DNA from: Octopus sinensis
Lineage: Eukaryota
Assembly: GCF_006345805.1 (NCBI RefSeq)
Contig: NC_042999.1
Location: forward strand, 139,686,001 to 139,750,000
Reading direction: 5' to 3'
DNA: 64,000 nucleotides
The notes beneath the pieces were generated by a model. It ran no database searches and was not told the origin of the DNA. It saw only the letters and a list, made by a program, of their open reading frames with translations. The translations under genes were made by a program, and so were the position numbers. Position 1 is the first letter of the stretch. Every line of letters starts with the position of its first letter. Below, one piece after another: positions 50,086-61,768 of the stretch.

Positions 50086-51087
50086 ACAAGGGAAAGTGGG
50101 CCTCCTCCTACATAGGATGTTGTCTATCAAAGTAGTCCTTCATGAGAAGCAGCAATTTCAGATGTCTTTACATTATGTTGTATATTTTTACACAACTCCT
50201 CCATATTTATCACATGCTCATACTGACAGGTCCTCTTTCTTGTGTACCACACCTGTCTCTTATTTTCAGTTTTATTCTCAGTTCATATGAGCATTATTCC
50301 TAACACAAGTATTACACATTTAGTCGAACATGCTTCATTTCATCCTAGTCTTAGTAAATTCTTTGCTCTGAAAGGCCTATGTCTTACTACTATGCTGCAC
50401 AGCACTGTGTAATCATCATATTCTAAGAGTAAGTCCTTTGTTTCCAGACAGGCTAAATAGCTCCTTGAACTATTCCTGACCACTACTTATTCAGAATACC
50501 CATTCCTACTGCTAATTTGGTTTTCTAGGTAACAAAAGGTATCAGTTGTTTCTAAAGACGGTACTGGAGAAAGTCTGTCTTGCATATGCTCTTAGTATTC
50601 ATTGCTTCTGCACACCTCTATTACATGGTATATACCTTCTCTGGTTAGCTTGCTTGTGTTCCTACTACATACTTTGTGTCAATAGCTTATGCTGGGTTAC
50701 CATATGGACATTCTTTTTAAACACCAAGCATGGCTATCTTAAGAGACTGTCTTTTCTTCTATTGACTCATGCTTTTAGCCTTTGCTAAGATTACTTTGAA
50801 ATCTCTCAATTTTAGGTTTTGTTTCCTGCCATATCTGGAAATATACATATGTAATATCATTTAATGTCTACTTTTCCATGCTTGCATAGGTCAGAGAGAA
50901 TTTGCCCAGGTAGATTTTCCATAGCTGCATGCCCTTCCTATAACCAGCCTTCACATTTCCAAACAAGGTAATATTTTCCCACAACTAATCGTGTTTTCGA
51001 AACTGGAAATGAACAACCCAGCTTGTATGACATCGATGCTCATTTACAATTATGTAGTGTCTAGACAAGGGTACACACAAATACATA

Positions 51088-51311
51088 CAGGGAGAGTCAA
51101 AAGTAGCGCCCAGTTTCTGGGAAGTCATGCCTTTGTTATTTTGCAGGTTATTACTGACAGTTTTAAGAGTAACTAAATCTGGATCATGTATCATGTTAAT
51201 ACTCTGATATTCCAACCTGTAAAACTATAGATGTAAGAAGTATCTCACAGTTGGGAAGTCATATATATCAACCCTAAAACAAGAGTTGGGCACTACTTTT
51301 GACTCCCCCTG
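51088..51311. mobile_element. Tc1/mariner-type MITE
   Basis: TA-cagggagagtcaaaagtagcgccca ... tgggcactacttttgactccccctg-TA. Confidence 0.8.
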
Positions 51312-53127
51312 TATTTGATTTCTCTCTGCTAAATCCACTCACAAAGCCTTGGTTGACATAGGCCCATAGGAAATACTAAAGATGTCATGCAGTGACTGAA
51401 TCCTAGCCTACATGGTTAGTCAGCAAGATTCTTAATCAGTCATAAGGTTACCATGTATTCCAACATCCTGGCTAGTTTGAAATTGTTCGTTTATTTTTTA
51501 AATCTGGAAAATTTTTATTTCATTATCATTTTTATTATGTTAGTTTCACAGAAAAGGTGAAAGGCATTGATACTTTAAGCTTTCTAGTACTTTATGAAAC
51601 AATAGTAGCAGGAAACCAGACATATGATCTTCGGGTTTCTCTCAGCCAAGACTTGATTATATTTAAAAAATTTTTAAACATTAGCATAAGTAGTGAAAGT
51701 AAATGCTCTTATAATTGCAATTATGCTTTTTTTTTTTTTCTTCTCCCCTAAAATGAATATTGCTGGCTGCAATAATGACTCCCTTCAATATCTGCTTTAA
51801 TATCCAGTTGGAGTGCTGAAGAAACTTCTACTTCAATCAAATCATTGGAGATTATTATTTAGCAAGTCATTTTCATCATCATCCTTTAGAATCTGTTTTC
51901 CATGCCAGCATGGATAAGACAGTTTGACTGGAGCTGTTAAGCCAGAGAGTTGCACTAGGATCCAGTCTCTTTTAGCTTTGTTTCTATGGTTGGATGCCTT
52001 CCATAATGCATACAGGGTGTCTTTTACATGCCACTAGCACAAGAACCTATGTGTCACTGGTATGAGTGCATTTTGGATCCAAATATCAGTTCTGTGAAAA
52101 ATATACCCTTACAATATAGGATAAATATATTTTTAGGGTACAATTTTGAGACATTTCAACTACCTCTATTTTACATTTTAAACATGTAGCTTCATCATCA
52201 TTTAACATCCGCTTTCCATGCTAGCATGGGTTGGAGAAAACATTAATAATCATATTATGAAGGTGGTGCTTAGATAGAAATGCTTGAATAATGGAAAAAA
52301 TTTCATGCAGTAGGAAGTTACAGCTATGTAACACATTGGCACCAACAATAAATTCTGGGATTGATAAAGTACCAAGCTATTGACAGAGAGATGAAACTAC
52401 TGTGTATGCTCCCACTCCAATTTGAGGCCTTGTGCCCATGTAAGAAAGAAATATAGTCAGCATACTGAATACTTCAAGTACACAATTGGCATTATATGGT
52501 GAAATGAAACTAATTATATGTAATAATGGTAATTTAAATAGTGTTGAAATTAATTTAGTCCTTATGTCCTAAGAAAGTGAGAGACAGTATTGTTACTACA
52601 ATTATTAGACTTATTAGGATCAAATGAGAAACATGAGATGAAAAAGAGCACAAGAATAAATATTCTATTAGCTGAGATGAGGAATCTACAGTAGGACAAT
52701 CCTTTTGCAGCAACTCTACCTGAAAACAGAATGATGATAGTGACAGAGCAGATTCTCAAAATACAAGTGTAAGAGAGAATATGGATAAAGAACTGGGTCT
52801 AGTGAAGGAAGTGAAAAAAATAAGTGATACTGTAAGTGAAGAGAGTAACAGTAAAATATACTGAAGATAAGATGATGTTGATGCGCAGGGTGGGAAGAGC
52901 TAGAGAGACATCGAAATATGCACAGCTTATACAGTTAGATGCCAGAGGGATGTGGGGTTGGATAAAACGAGTGGAGGGGGGAAAAAAAAGGTGAAGAGTC
53001 AAACATTTTGGAGATACTCACGCAGTGAACTAGTGATTGGTTTGTTGGAAACTAACTCATTGTTCACCAAATGCAATTTAAAAAATATCAATATTGAAGC
53101 ACCCTAAAATATTAAGTGCGAGATTAA

Positions 53128-54515
53128 CCCTTTCGTTACTAACCCGACCGAAAAAATTTTTTGTTCATAATACTAACCCGGCCGTGAGAACCTATTTTTA
53201 TTTAAATGTAAATTGGAACCCAAATCTCGTTGGTACATTCGTTAAAACATGTGATTTCACATTGTAAATAGTTAAGTTATAGTATTCGACATTGCTTGAA
53301 GTGATATCTCAACTCAGTGAATTTTGGGAGATTTTTTTCCACATCGATTTTTCTTCAACTTTGAAAATGGATAGGAGTTTCATGTTATCAAGCATTAATT
53401 CCGAATTTAAAGCTTTTTCAACAGAAAATGGGGAGAAATCGAGAAAAAGAATGAAATAGGTACTAAAGCACGTTGTGTACAAAATAATGAATATTTTTTT
53501 ATCTGAAAATGAAAGCAGCGCCTTCCGAAGAAACAAAGTGGCGATGGCGACAGCAACATCGGAACGAAGTAAAAAAAAACTTTAAAAATGTTTTTATTAG
53601 CAATTTTTCTGGGGAGATAGTTTATCTATAGTTTTTCTTAGGAAGCGAAACCGTTAGACTTTTATTTTTTTTAGTATGCTAGTTTGAAGCGATCACGTCG
53701 GAAACAAATTTACGCAGATTGTAAACAAACACAAAAGTTTGGAAAATTTGTGAAGTAAATACTGGGTACTGTTGTGGATTTAGTTTTTATACAGGGAAAC
53801 TAATGTTAGTCAGCATGGCTTAGGGTACGATGTGGTCTGGAAGTTATTGTTTGAAGCGATCAATGCGGAAACAAATTTACGCAGAATGTAAACAAAACAC
53901 AAAATGGGGGATCAAATTTCGGAAAATTTGTGAAGCAAAATACTGAGTACTGCTGTGGATTTAGTTTTTATACAGAGAAAATAATGTTAGTCAGCATGGC
54001 CTAGGGAACGATGTGGTCTGGAATTTATCACTTCCATACCATAACCATGGCCGTATATTATTTTTTGACCGATTTCTTTAGTTTGGTCAAACTTGTGGTG
54101 GATTCCAGTATTTCAGTTTATTCCACCTTTATGGTACACCTGTTGTGCATTAAATTCAACTGATGATCTAGTGATGTGCACAATTCTTCTTTATCAAAAT
54201 TTTGTTGCATACCCATTTGAATATTAGCTGATGATTCATCTTCTATGGTGATGTTTAAACAAAATTTTTATATTTTTACCTTTTGCTCAATTTACCTAGA
54301 TTTACCTGTAATTAAAGTCACTTTGAGACAAAAGTTATGCAATAGAATTGATTAAGAACCCTTTCTTTAATTATGTTCCAAATATCACATTAATATGTTG
54401 ATAAGTAAAAAAGTTACAGTTATTTAATGAAACAAGCCTAAATTCATGATTATTTTAGAATTTAATTGAAACTCATGAGGGGTGTATTTTGGTCAGAAAT
54501 ATAGTAACGAAAGGG
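53128..54515. mobile_element. Non-autonomous piggyBac element (about 1.39 kb)
   Basis: TTAA-ccctttcgttacta ... tagtaacgaaaggg-TTAA. Internal tandem duplication of about 170 bp (53682-53842 and 53849-54022). No transposase ORF. Confidence 0.85.
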
Positions 54516-54680
54516 TTAAAACAAAATTACCTAGTCATTGCACACTACTTTTCTTCAAAAACGAAATCAAGACAGATATTTGTGAAAATGTTTTTAATAC
54601 AAAAATACAACTTGATCCATCAAATATATATATATACACACACACGCATACACACAGAAGAAAATGTACTCTTTTTCATA

Positions 54681-55745
54681 TCAAGTAAGACCATCTGTTT
54701 TATATAAACCTATATTTTTGACACTGGTAACTTGTGATGATGATAATGGTAAACTGTCCCCTCCTGCTGTAAAAAGTCCTACAGGATAGACACCTTCATT
54801 GCTACCAGAAGTCACAATGTTGTCAATTGACTGAGTTGTTATAGTTCGATTTAGTGGTTTAGAAGGGTCTTCTCTTATGGGACTGGACTGAGAACACATT
54901 TTTTCTACAATACATGATACAGGGGATAAATCAGAAACTAGAGAGCTTTCAAATACATTAGATTTTAATTTAGACGTTCCTTGCAATACATTTGTAGTGT
55001 TGCTATCTGTGGTGTCTGAAAATGGTAAAACAAATTCTGAAGAGGACACAACCGTAGAATTCAAACCGGTACCTGGTATCCGAGAACTGATTGATACTGG
55101 AGTAGATGTGTAAGACTGATTATTCAGTTGACCATACCTGTCATCTTCAGGCCCTACAGGTTCAGTTTTCACACTGGGAACAATAACAAAACCACCAGAA
55201 GAATTGCCACTTTTACTAGCATCTAGTGAAGCAACCTCAGATTCCTGTCCAAAGACAGCTGCTGTATCTTTCTTAACTTGTGCTAATTCAGCCTCAGATA
55301 TCTCTTGTTTAACATCAATGACTTGTGTAGTGACAGATGGAGTAGAGTGAGATGAAACTGATGTGATGGATGATGAAGGCAGAGATGGTTGAACTGTTGG
55401 AACTGTAATACTGGGTGGGTTTGATAGAATGGTCTGCATCTGGCTGAGATCACCAAATACAGTAACCGTTGAAGCTGGTTGATGAGGTATTGTGCTTGGA
55501 AGACGACTATCACACAGTTGTTCAAATTCTTTCATGTCCAAACGTTTTGCAATGATTTTTAACTGATGTAAAATATCAGGATCAATATCTAATAGCCCAT
55601 TGTACATATATTCAGCAAAGGCATTTAAAGCTTCTGTGCTAACTTCTTCAGGAAAGTTCACTTGGAGAAACTTGTGAGAGAGGATATCTGTACTAAATAC
55701 TGACAACAGTTTTGGACACACAGCAGACAGGACAACTTTATGCAC
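54681..55745 (-). CDS. BTB gene A, constant terminal exon
   Basis: Acceptor tttcag|GTGCAT at 55745 (phase 0). Reads VHKVVLSAVCPKLLSVF...AFAEYMYNGLLDI...LKIIAKRLDMKEFEQLC. Stop at 54681. Confidence 0.92.
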   Translation of the reverse strand: MHKVVLSAVCPKLLSVFSTDILSHKFLQVNFPEEVSTEALNAFAEYMYNGLLDIDPDILHQLKIIAKRLDMKEFEQLCDSRLPSTIPHQPASTVTVFGDLSQMQTILSNPPSITVPTVQPSLPSSSITSVSSHSTPSVTTQVIDVKQEISEAELAQVKKDTAAVFGQESEVASLDASKSGNSSGGFVIVPSVKTEPVGPEDDRYGQLNNQSYTSTPVSISSRIPGTGLNSTVVSSSEFVLPFSDTTDSNTTNVLQGTSKLKSNVFESSLVSDLSPVSCIVEKMCSQSSPIREDPSKPLNRTITTQSIDNIVTSGSNEGVYPVGLFTAGGDSLPLSSSQVTSVKNIGLYKTDGLT

Positions 55746-56103
55746 CTGAAACACAAACACAAGGAATCGATTAGATAGGAGGGAAATATATGAACGGGAA
55801 ACAGAAAACATAAAAAAGTAAAACCATTTGCATATCTTAGAAATAAAAATACATTCCTTGGATCCTATATGGTTTTATAAAGTATCAGTATTGCAAATAA
55901 GTTAATTCAATAAATCATATTGATTTCCTTCAAGAAAAAGGTCAAGTCCCAAAGGAAGAACTTGATATTCTAATATTATTATCTTTGGAAGATTAGTCTG
56001 ATGGAAAACATGCATTCTTCATTTGTTTCATGAAATGTTCTTTAAATAGTCAGTAAATTAATTTGTAGCCAGAGAATATTAATGTTAAAAGCAATATACC
56101 TAC

Positions 56104-56407
56104 CATCACAGTAGATGAGCCATTACCAATACCAGCATCACACAACTTTCCACTTTTCCACAGAGATGCTAGATTGGACATGACACAACGCTGATGATCA
56201 GCAACAACAAATATTCGTTTTTCTCGTGGTCGAGGTTTTTCCACAGGCTTCGGTTTGGGTTCACTTATTTGAATTGGTGGAGCTAACACTTGAACAGGCC
56301 TTGTAATATTTTGAGAAACCTGGGCCACACTCATATGCTGCTGGACTGGCATTTGAGCTTGTAGTGTTTTTGCAGCCATCTGAGATACCTGAGTGTTAAC
56401 CATTTGT
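56104..56407 (-). CDS. BTB gene A, constant exon 2
   Basis: Acceptor tttcag|A at 56407 (phase 2). Reads DHQRCVMSNLASLWKSGKLCDAGIGNGSSTVM. Donor ATG|GTAGGT at 56104. Confidence 0.9.
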
Positions 56408-56494
56408 CTGAAATTAAAATTTACATTTTAGAAGATAATCACAAGTGATGTTCAAAATTAAGAGGCGAAAAGACCAATTAATCATCATACATAC

Positions 56495-56730
56495 CGCCGG
56501 TCATCAAATCGACGATTTTCGAACCTCCGTTCCTGGAAACGCTGCTCTTGGAAGCGTTGCTCATCAAAGCGTCGATCATCAATTTGTTTTTTCTGAATTT
56601 TTGCAGGTGAAGGTTGAGGAGGTGAATCATCTGGAATGAGCACTGGTGCAGACGAGACAGTGGCAGCAGCAATCTTTTTACGCCTAGGGTTCTCAGGCTT
56701 TCCGGAATATACTTGATTTGAAGGTCCTGC
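56495..56730 (-). CDS. BTB gene A, constant exon 1
   Basis: Acceptor ttacag|GCA at 56730 (phase 0) and donor CG|GTATGT at 56495 (phase 2). The three exons sum to 1605 nt, an open frame of 534 aa plus stop. Confidence 0.88.
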
Positions 56731-57353
56731 CTGTAAACACAAAGAGACTATTTGAAGAAAAATAACAATTGCAATTTCAGGGTGTACTAAAATGCCAAAA
56801 AGTTAAGCTTTGCCTTGCTTCTCTGAATGAATATGTCTATTTTGCAAAACAAACTTATAATATTCTTGTAGCCACTCATTCAGTAAGAAATAATTAGTTT
56901 AAACTATTATAACCCCTACTCCTATCCATAGCTAGTTTCCTTACCCAAGACCTCAAAGTTTTTTGAGAGATATTGACCCAATAATCTGACTGGTACTTAT
57001 TGTTATTAAACTAGCACTGAACAAACTACTTCACTATTCTTCACAGAAGATACACCTTTCCGTGAACAATTGAACATAAAACAAATGAAAAGTATAAAAA
57101 TAAAATGTTGGAATAAAAAAAAAAAAAGTTTATATCATAATCAAAAGCGAAATAAATTAGTCAACATCCATAGTGCAATGGAGAACAAATCTAAGTTCCA
57201 CGCCAGCAAATAAAAAAGAGAAATAGTGAGGAAAAAGCAGAGAACGGTAACTCTCTAAACAATAAAAATACATATATATGCAAGTTGTCTTAAAAAATAT
57301 GTTAATGTAAACTGAAGTCGACCATTCTTAATATCCTAATTGAAATTACTTAC

Positions 57354-57713
57354 CTTTAAACTTCGTGCTATACACTTGGAATGTAGTTCAGATTTCTCGT
57401 GCAGAAGAAGTTTACTCTTCCTATGGCTGGATCCCAAGTCAACACTACCTTGGACCCAAGCATTTTTTAAAGCAGACCTAGTGCTGGAGAACCAATACTT
57501 CTGGCAGACAGCACAGCTAGCTAGCGGATTTTGGTTTGGACGCAACTGTACCAGTAACCAAGGATAGGTTCTCTGAAGCTCGTTCAAAGAACTAAGCGAC
57601 GATTTCGTATACCTAACACTTTTGGGGATGAAATGAACACTACTTTTCTGTGCCAGGACTCCAGTGCTATACGTCGTGTTGTTATTAAATAGGAAACTCT
57701 CTGTATTGTCCAT
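57354..57713 (-). CDS. Variable first exon A-V4: TTF-type (hAT-associated) zinc finger, 120 codons
   Basis: ATG at 57713. YPWL...CAVC...AWVQG...KLLLHEKSELH fits the ZnF_TTF/C17orf113-like pattern. Phase-0 donor AAG|GTAAGT at 57354. Confidence 0.8.
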
Positions 57714-57995
57714 TTTCCTTGAATTCAAATTCAAAGACAAGCGTCCTATATAAAAATTGTTTCTGAGTTAAAAGGTAATAGAAGTGTGTTGATTTGTAAC
57801 TGCCATCTTCCTATCAACCCAAAGATTTACACAATAGAAAATAAAAATTTAAAAATAGATAAACACAGCAGCAATATTACTGAGGATTGTGTCAACAGAA
57901 TTCGAATTACGACGTAAAGAAATTATTTTGAAATTATTAAATTTCAATATTTAAGCTGTCAGATGAATATTATATATATATCCTTGACCACTTAC

Positions 57996-58448
57996 CAGGG
58001 GCAGTTTAATGGAATCGATCAGCGGCAAAGGTATGTGGCGAATCGTATTATCACAAACATTCCGAAGCAACCCGAACGGAGAATCTCCGTGGAATTCCGA
58101 GGTTGCAGTGAGGGTGGAGCTGGACGTCACACTCGTCTCATTCTGAAATCTGACACTGTTGACGACAGACTGTTCAAATTTGTCATCGGCATGAAATGTA
58201 CTAGAAGCACTGCTACTATTCGACCCGACTTTCTCCGGTAGATTTGTTTCACAAAAATCCTCAATGCCCTTAACACAATTCCTGATTCGACTTACAATCA
58301 ATTTCACGATAGGCTCATTAAATCTGTGCTTTGAACGTAAATGCTTCGGTAGGTTGCGAAATTTACTTAATACAGTTAAACACGATCGAACAGGGCACTG
58401 AACACTATCCTCAGAAGATGGGCCCTTAAACTTCCGAACAAAAACCAT
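57996..58448 (-). CDS. Variable first exon A-V3: single C2H2 zinc finger, 151 codons
   Basis: ATG at 58448. CPVRSC-x12-HLRSKH. Phase-0 donor CTG|GTAAGT at 57996. Confidence 0.75.
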
Positions 58449-59405
58449 CACAAATTACAAAATTTGCTTACTGCAGCGGGCGATTGAAGCTTTACTTATT
58501 GAATGAAGAGAAAGGGTGGAGGGAGGGAAAAGCAAGCTACAACTGAATGGTGAAAAACTAGTTTGATGAAGAATGGAGGGAAGCAAAATTTTAAAAAAAA
58601 GTGTAGAAGCTGGGACGGGCGAAATGGGGGGGAAAAAAAAACATTGAAAATATTCCATAAAAACGAGAACATTAAAATGGCGGCAGGTTGTGAACCTCGT
58701 GTTCATGAATTAGTGAGTGGGTATGCTATTAGATAGAAAGGAAGACTAGTTCTCTAGTAGGAAGACTGCTGCTGTGACTTGTCCACTGGCAAAGAAAGCA
58801 GTCTGAACAACCAATACGATAAGAGATCAGCTACTGACGACCGACCAACAGAAAGATATTAGAAAGGATATGCTACCTACATCTCATCATTGTGACAAAC
58901 CTAACACTGAGACAGGCCAGACGTCGACCACAATAGCGAAGAAAAGTCCTTTCAGCCCTAGAAGGTGAAACTCCTTTAACAATCTTACGCACAGCCGAAC
59001 AACACAGAAAACAACTTGTAATCCTACGCCAACTGGCAAGTGCACGAAGCTGCAAAGGGACCAGAGAAAAGCTTTGACAACGCCGCACTATATAATTTAA
59101 TTAGTGATTTTATTTCCAACCAAGTTGTGAACAAACCCACCTCTGATCGAAATGGAATAGCTCCGCTGCTCCCGAATATAATAAAACAACTCTTCTTTAA
59201 TTTGCGAGCACGTCATTTTGTATGTAATTATATATACACGCACACAATTATTAAACAAAATTACAAAAAAATGAAAGTTTCATGACAAAACAAAAGTACA
59301 AAAACAAATTGTCATAAATATTTACAAAGCAAGAATGTGATAGTCTTTAATAACATTACTAAATGTGAGAAACTCCTGAAACTGACAATATTTTTACCAA
59401 CCCAC

Positions 59406-60407
59406 CTGCAGTAAATATGATATTCCTGATTGTTGAGGTAAGTCCATATTATAAATCCTTAACGTAGAAATTTGCGTGGTTCGCAGACAATGATTTGTGT
59501 AGATCTGAGAACAACCAGCCTCTCGAGAAATCTCTTTCATTCGAGTTCCGAGAGTGTTTTTACCAATTGGCATGTTATCATACCATGGAACTTCATCTGG
59601 ATTCACATTCTGCTTACTTCTTTGCCAAAAAGCATCACAGAGTGGATTTAAGAGGTTAATGTATTTTTTGAAAGAAGTCAGCGGGCACCATTTATTACCG
59701 GGTATTTCATACATGCGTACTTCATTAACAGGAGGATCCCCATTGCTGTTCAGCTCAGCTCCAACCCGAAAGGTAACATATTGCAGACCCTGAGGTGATA
59801 ATTCAATACTGAAGTCTCGTTTCGAAATCTCCCGCAGATTATCGCGCCCGCGGCTACACATATGCAACATTAAATCCATGAATACCTTATTTTGCAAACC
59901 TCGTGGTTTGTCCTGATCCAGAGCGGACGATAGCATAATTTTCTGTATATCTTCCTCTGTAATAGGATTCTTACGCTTAATAGCATCCTTGCCCATTGCC
60001 CTCAATTTCATCAAAATTACACTGAACACTTCATTGGCTTCAATGAATTCGTCATCTGTTATAATATCTAAATGCGACATTCTCTTGAAGTGACGCTGTA
60101 AACCGTAACGCAACGTAATCATCGATTTCCGAGCATAGAGTTTACCACTAACTTGGCGCACCTCTGTGTAGAACTTTTGCAGAAATCGGCTTAATTGTTG
60201 AGCAGGCTTTTTTTCTAATAAAGATAAAGTAGTGTGTTGAGTTCTACAATAGTCCTTTAGAATTTTGACAGCACTTTTGATAATATTTTGAGTTCGTAAC
60301 GATTCATCTAAATCGATAAGCTCCACACCGTTCATACGGTTTGGAGAAACACATGCTTTAGGGTCTTGTGCTTCTGGTTGAGAATCGCCTAGGCTGTTGG
60401 ACGCCAT
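59406..60407 (-). CDS. Variable first exon A-V2: DUF3504 / Crypton tyrosine-recombinase-derived domain (KCTD1/ZMYM/QRICH1-like), 334 codons
   Basis: ATG at 60407. Reads FLQKFYTEVRQVSGKLYARKSM..LRYGLQRH, GLQNKVF, RGRDNLR, CPLTSFKKY, WYDNMPIGKNTL and YTNHCLRTT. Phase-0 donor CAG|GTGGGT at 59406. Confidence 0.87.
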
Positions 60408-60590
60408 GTTGAGTGACAGAATTAAAAAATAATTATATAATGAAATCTATGAGCATTCAGCAATAACTGCTAGCTTTTGACTAAATATAGAACCATACAG
60501 TGCAATAAAATCGGCTGCAGTAACGTGTGTAAAGAATTACGTTAATGATACTATGATGCAAAAGCTGTTTCCACTCTCATATTTCTCCCA

Positions 60591-60730
60591 CCGCCATTTT
60601 CCTGTATTACACTTATTTCCCATGGGGAACAGTAGACTATTGACCGACAGTAGTAAGTCCACGTGAGATGCACTAGCCAATGAGAACATCCGTAGTCATA
60701 GTTCTAGCTATTACACTATTACATGGCAAC
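60591..60730 (-). promoter_or_regulatory. Putative promoter of exon A-V2
   Basis: YY1 consensus CCGCCATTTT (60591-60600), E-box CACGTG (60660-60665), CCAAT (60677-60681) and a half X-box ATGGCAAC (60723-60730), all 180-330 bp upstream of the ATG. Confidence 0.45.
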
Positions 60731-60925
60731 TAATAGCTAGGTAATAGCAAGAGGAAGATCGAGAATTAAGCTACCGCGAAACAATATATTTCGAGAAGCC
60801 AATTACTGAATAGCAGACTCATCCAATCGAAAAAATCGCAGCAGATGTTACAATGTCTCTAGAAAACAAAAACAAACAATACAAAAGAAAAAAAAAATAA
60901 ATTAAAAAAAAAAGAAGCAATTAAC

Positions 60926-61198
60926 CTGGTAACAATCCAATAGCGGTATAGGGTCAGGGTGCTCCGGAGTGGGGCCGTTCTTACCAATAAAATGCAAGCT
61001 ACATAAATATGTCCATGGTTTGATGTTATTAACAGTGAAGTATAATCGACCGCAAGCTTTCACCCAACGCTGACACTTCGCTAAGTCTTTGTGTGGTTTA
61101 GGGAATGGAATCCACCAGACCCCTTTCATTTGCGGTCGGTTAGGATAGCGGCTATCACTTTTACAGGTACCATAGCTACAATGACGATTGGCCGGCAT
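60926..61198 (-). CDS. Variable first exon A-V1: THAP zinc finger, 91 codons
   Basis: ATG at 61198. CSYGTC...IPFPK...RWVKAC...LCSLHF...PDPIP gives the C2CH THAP signature with P, W, F and P. Phase-0 donor CAG|GTTAAT at 60926. Confidence 0.87.
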
Positions 61199-61768
61199 TT
61201 TGTGTATAAAGTCGTTAAAAATTATTTCGTCCTTCCACAAGATTCATCAGAACTTCAACAGATCCATGCAGCAATGCGAAAAAAAAAAAACCCAGTCATT
61301 TATATTCACTATTAAATACATCAAACATGTTCGAAAAATGCTGGTCACGAGGTTGAATAGAATATTATGCTGTCTAAAGTAAATGTAGCACTAGGATTTA
61401 TTGATTACCGTCATCTTATGATAACAGTAACTTCCCGAAAAATTGAACAACAGCGAGTGTTTTCTAAATCCTATTTAATTTTTAGCACAAAGTTAAATAT
61501 ACAGAGTAAAAGTGAGGGAAAAAAAGCAGGCACTTCGCTTTGATAAACTGCTTAAGTATGGCGGACAATAATCGTAGTCACAAACATAGTTTGTCCTATA
61601 AAATATACAGTAATCTACACATGATAAAACCTGCTGTTAACTCAGACATAGCAGCAGCAGTGGAAGGAGGGAAATAGCAGCAGCAGTGAAAGGAGGGAAA
61701 GAAGTCAGATAAGGAGAATCAACACAGACAAGTTCAACACGTCAGTAATAGCAGTAGCAGTAGTGAGT

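Noticed and set aside
54681-55811. ORF-track starts for the BTB ORFs (55811, 25126, 4597, 27044, 56742) as real start codons
   Set aside because: They are alternative-codon or intronic starts. Conserved AG acceptors at homologous positions in all three paralogues explain the frames better.
58873-59088. 71-aa minus-strand ORF between variable exons as another variable exon
   Set aside because: It starts at GTG, has no recognisable domain, and the only nearby donor (AG|GTAGCA) is phase 2 in this frame.
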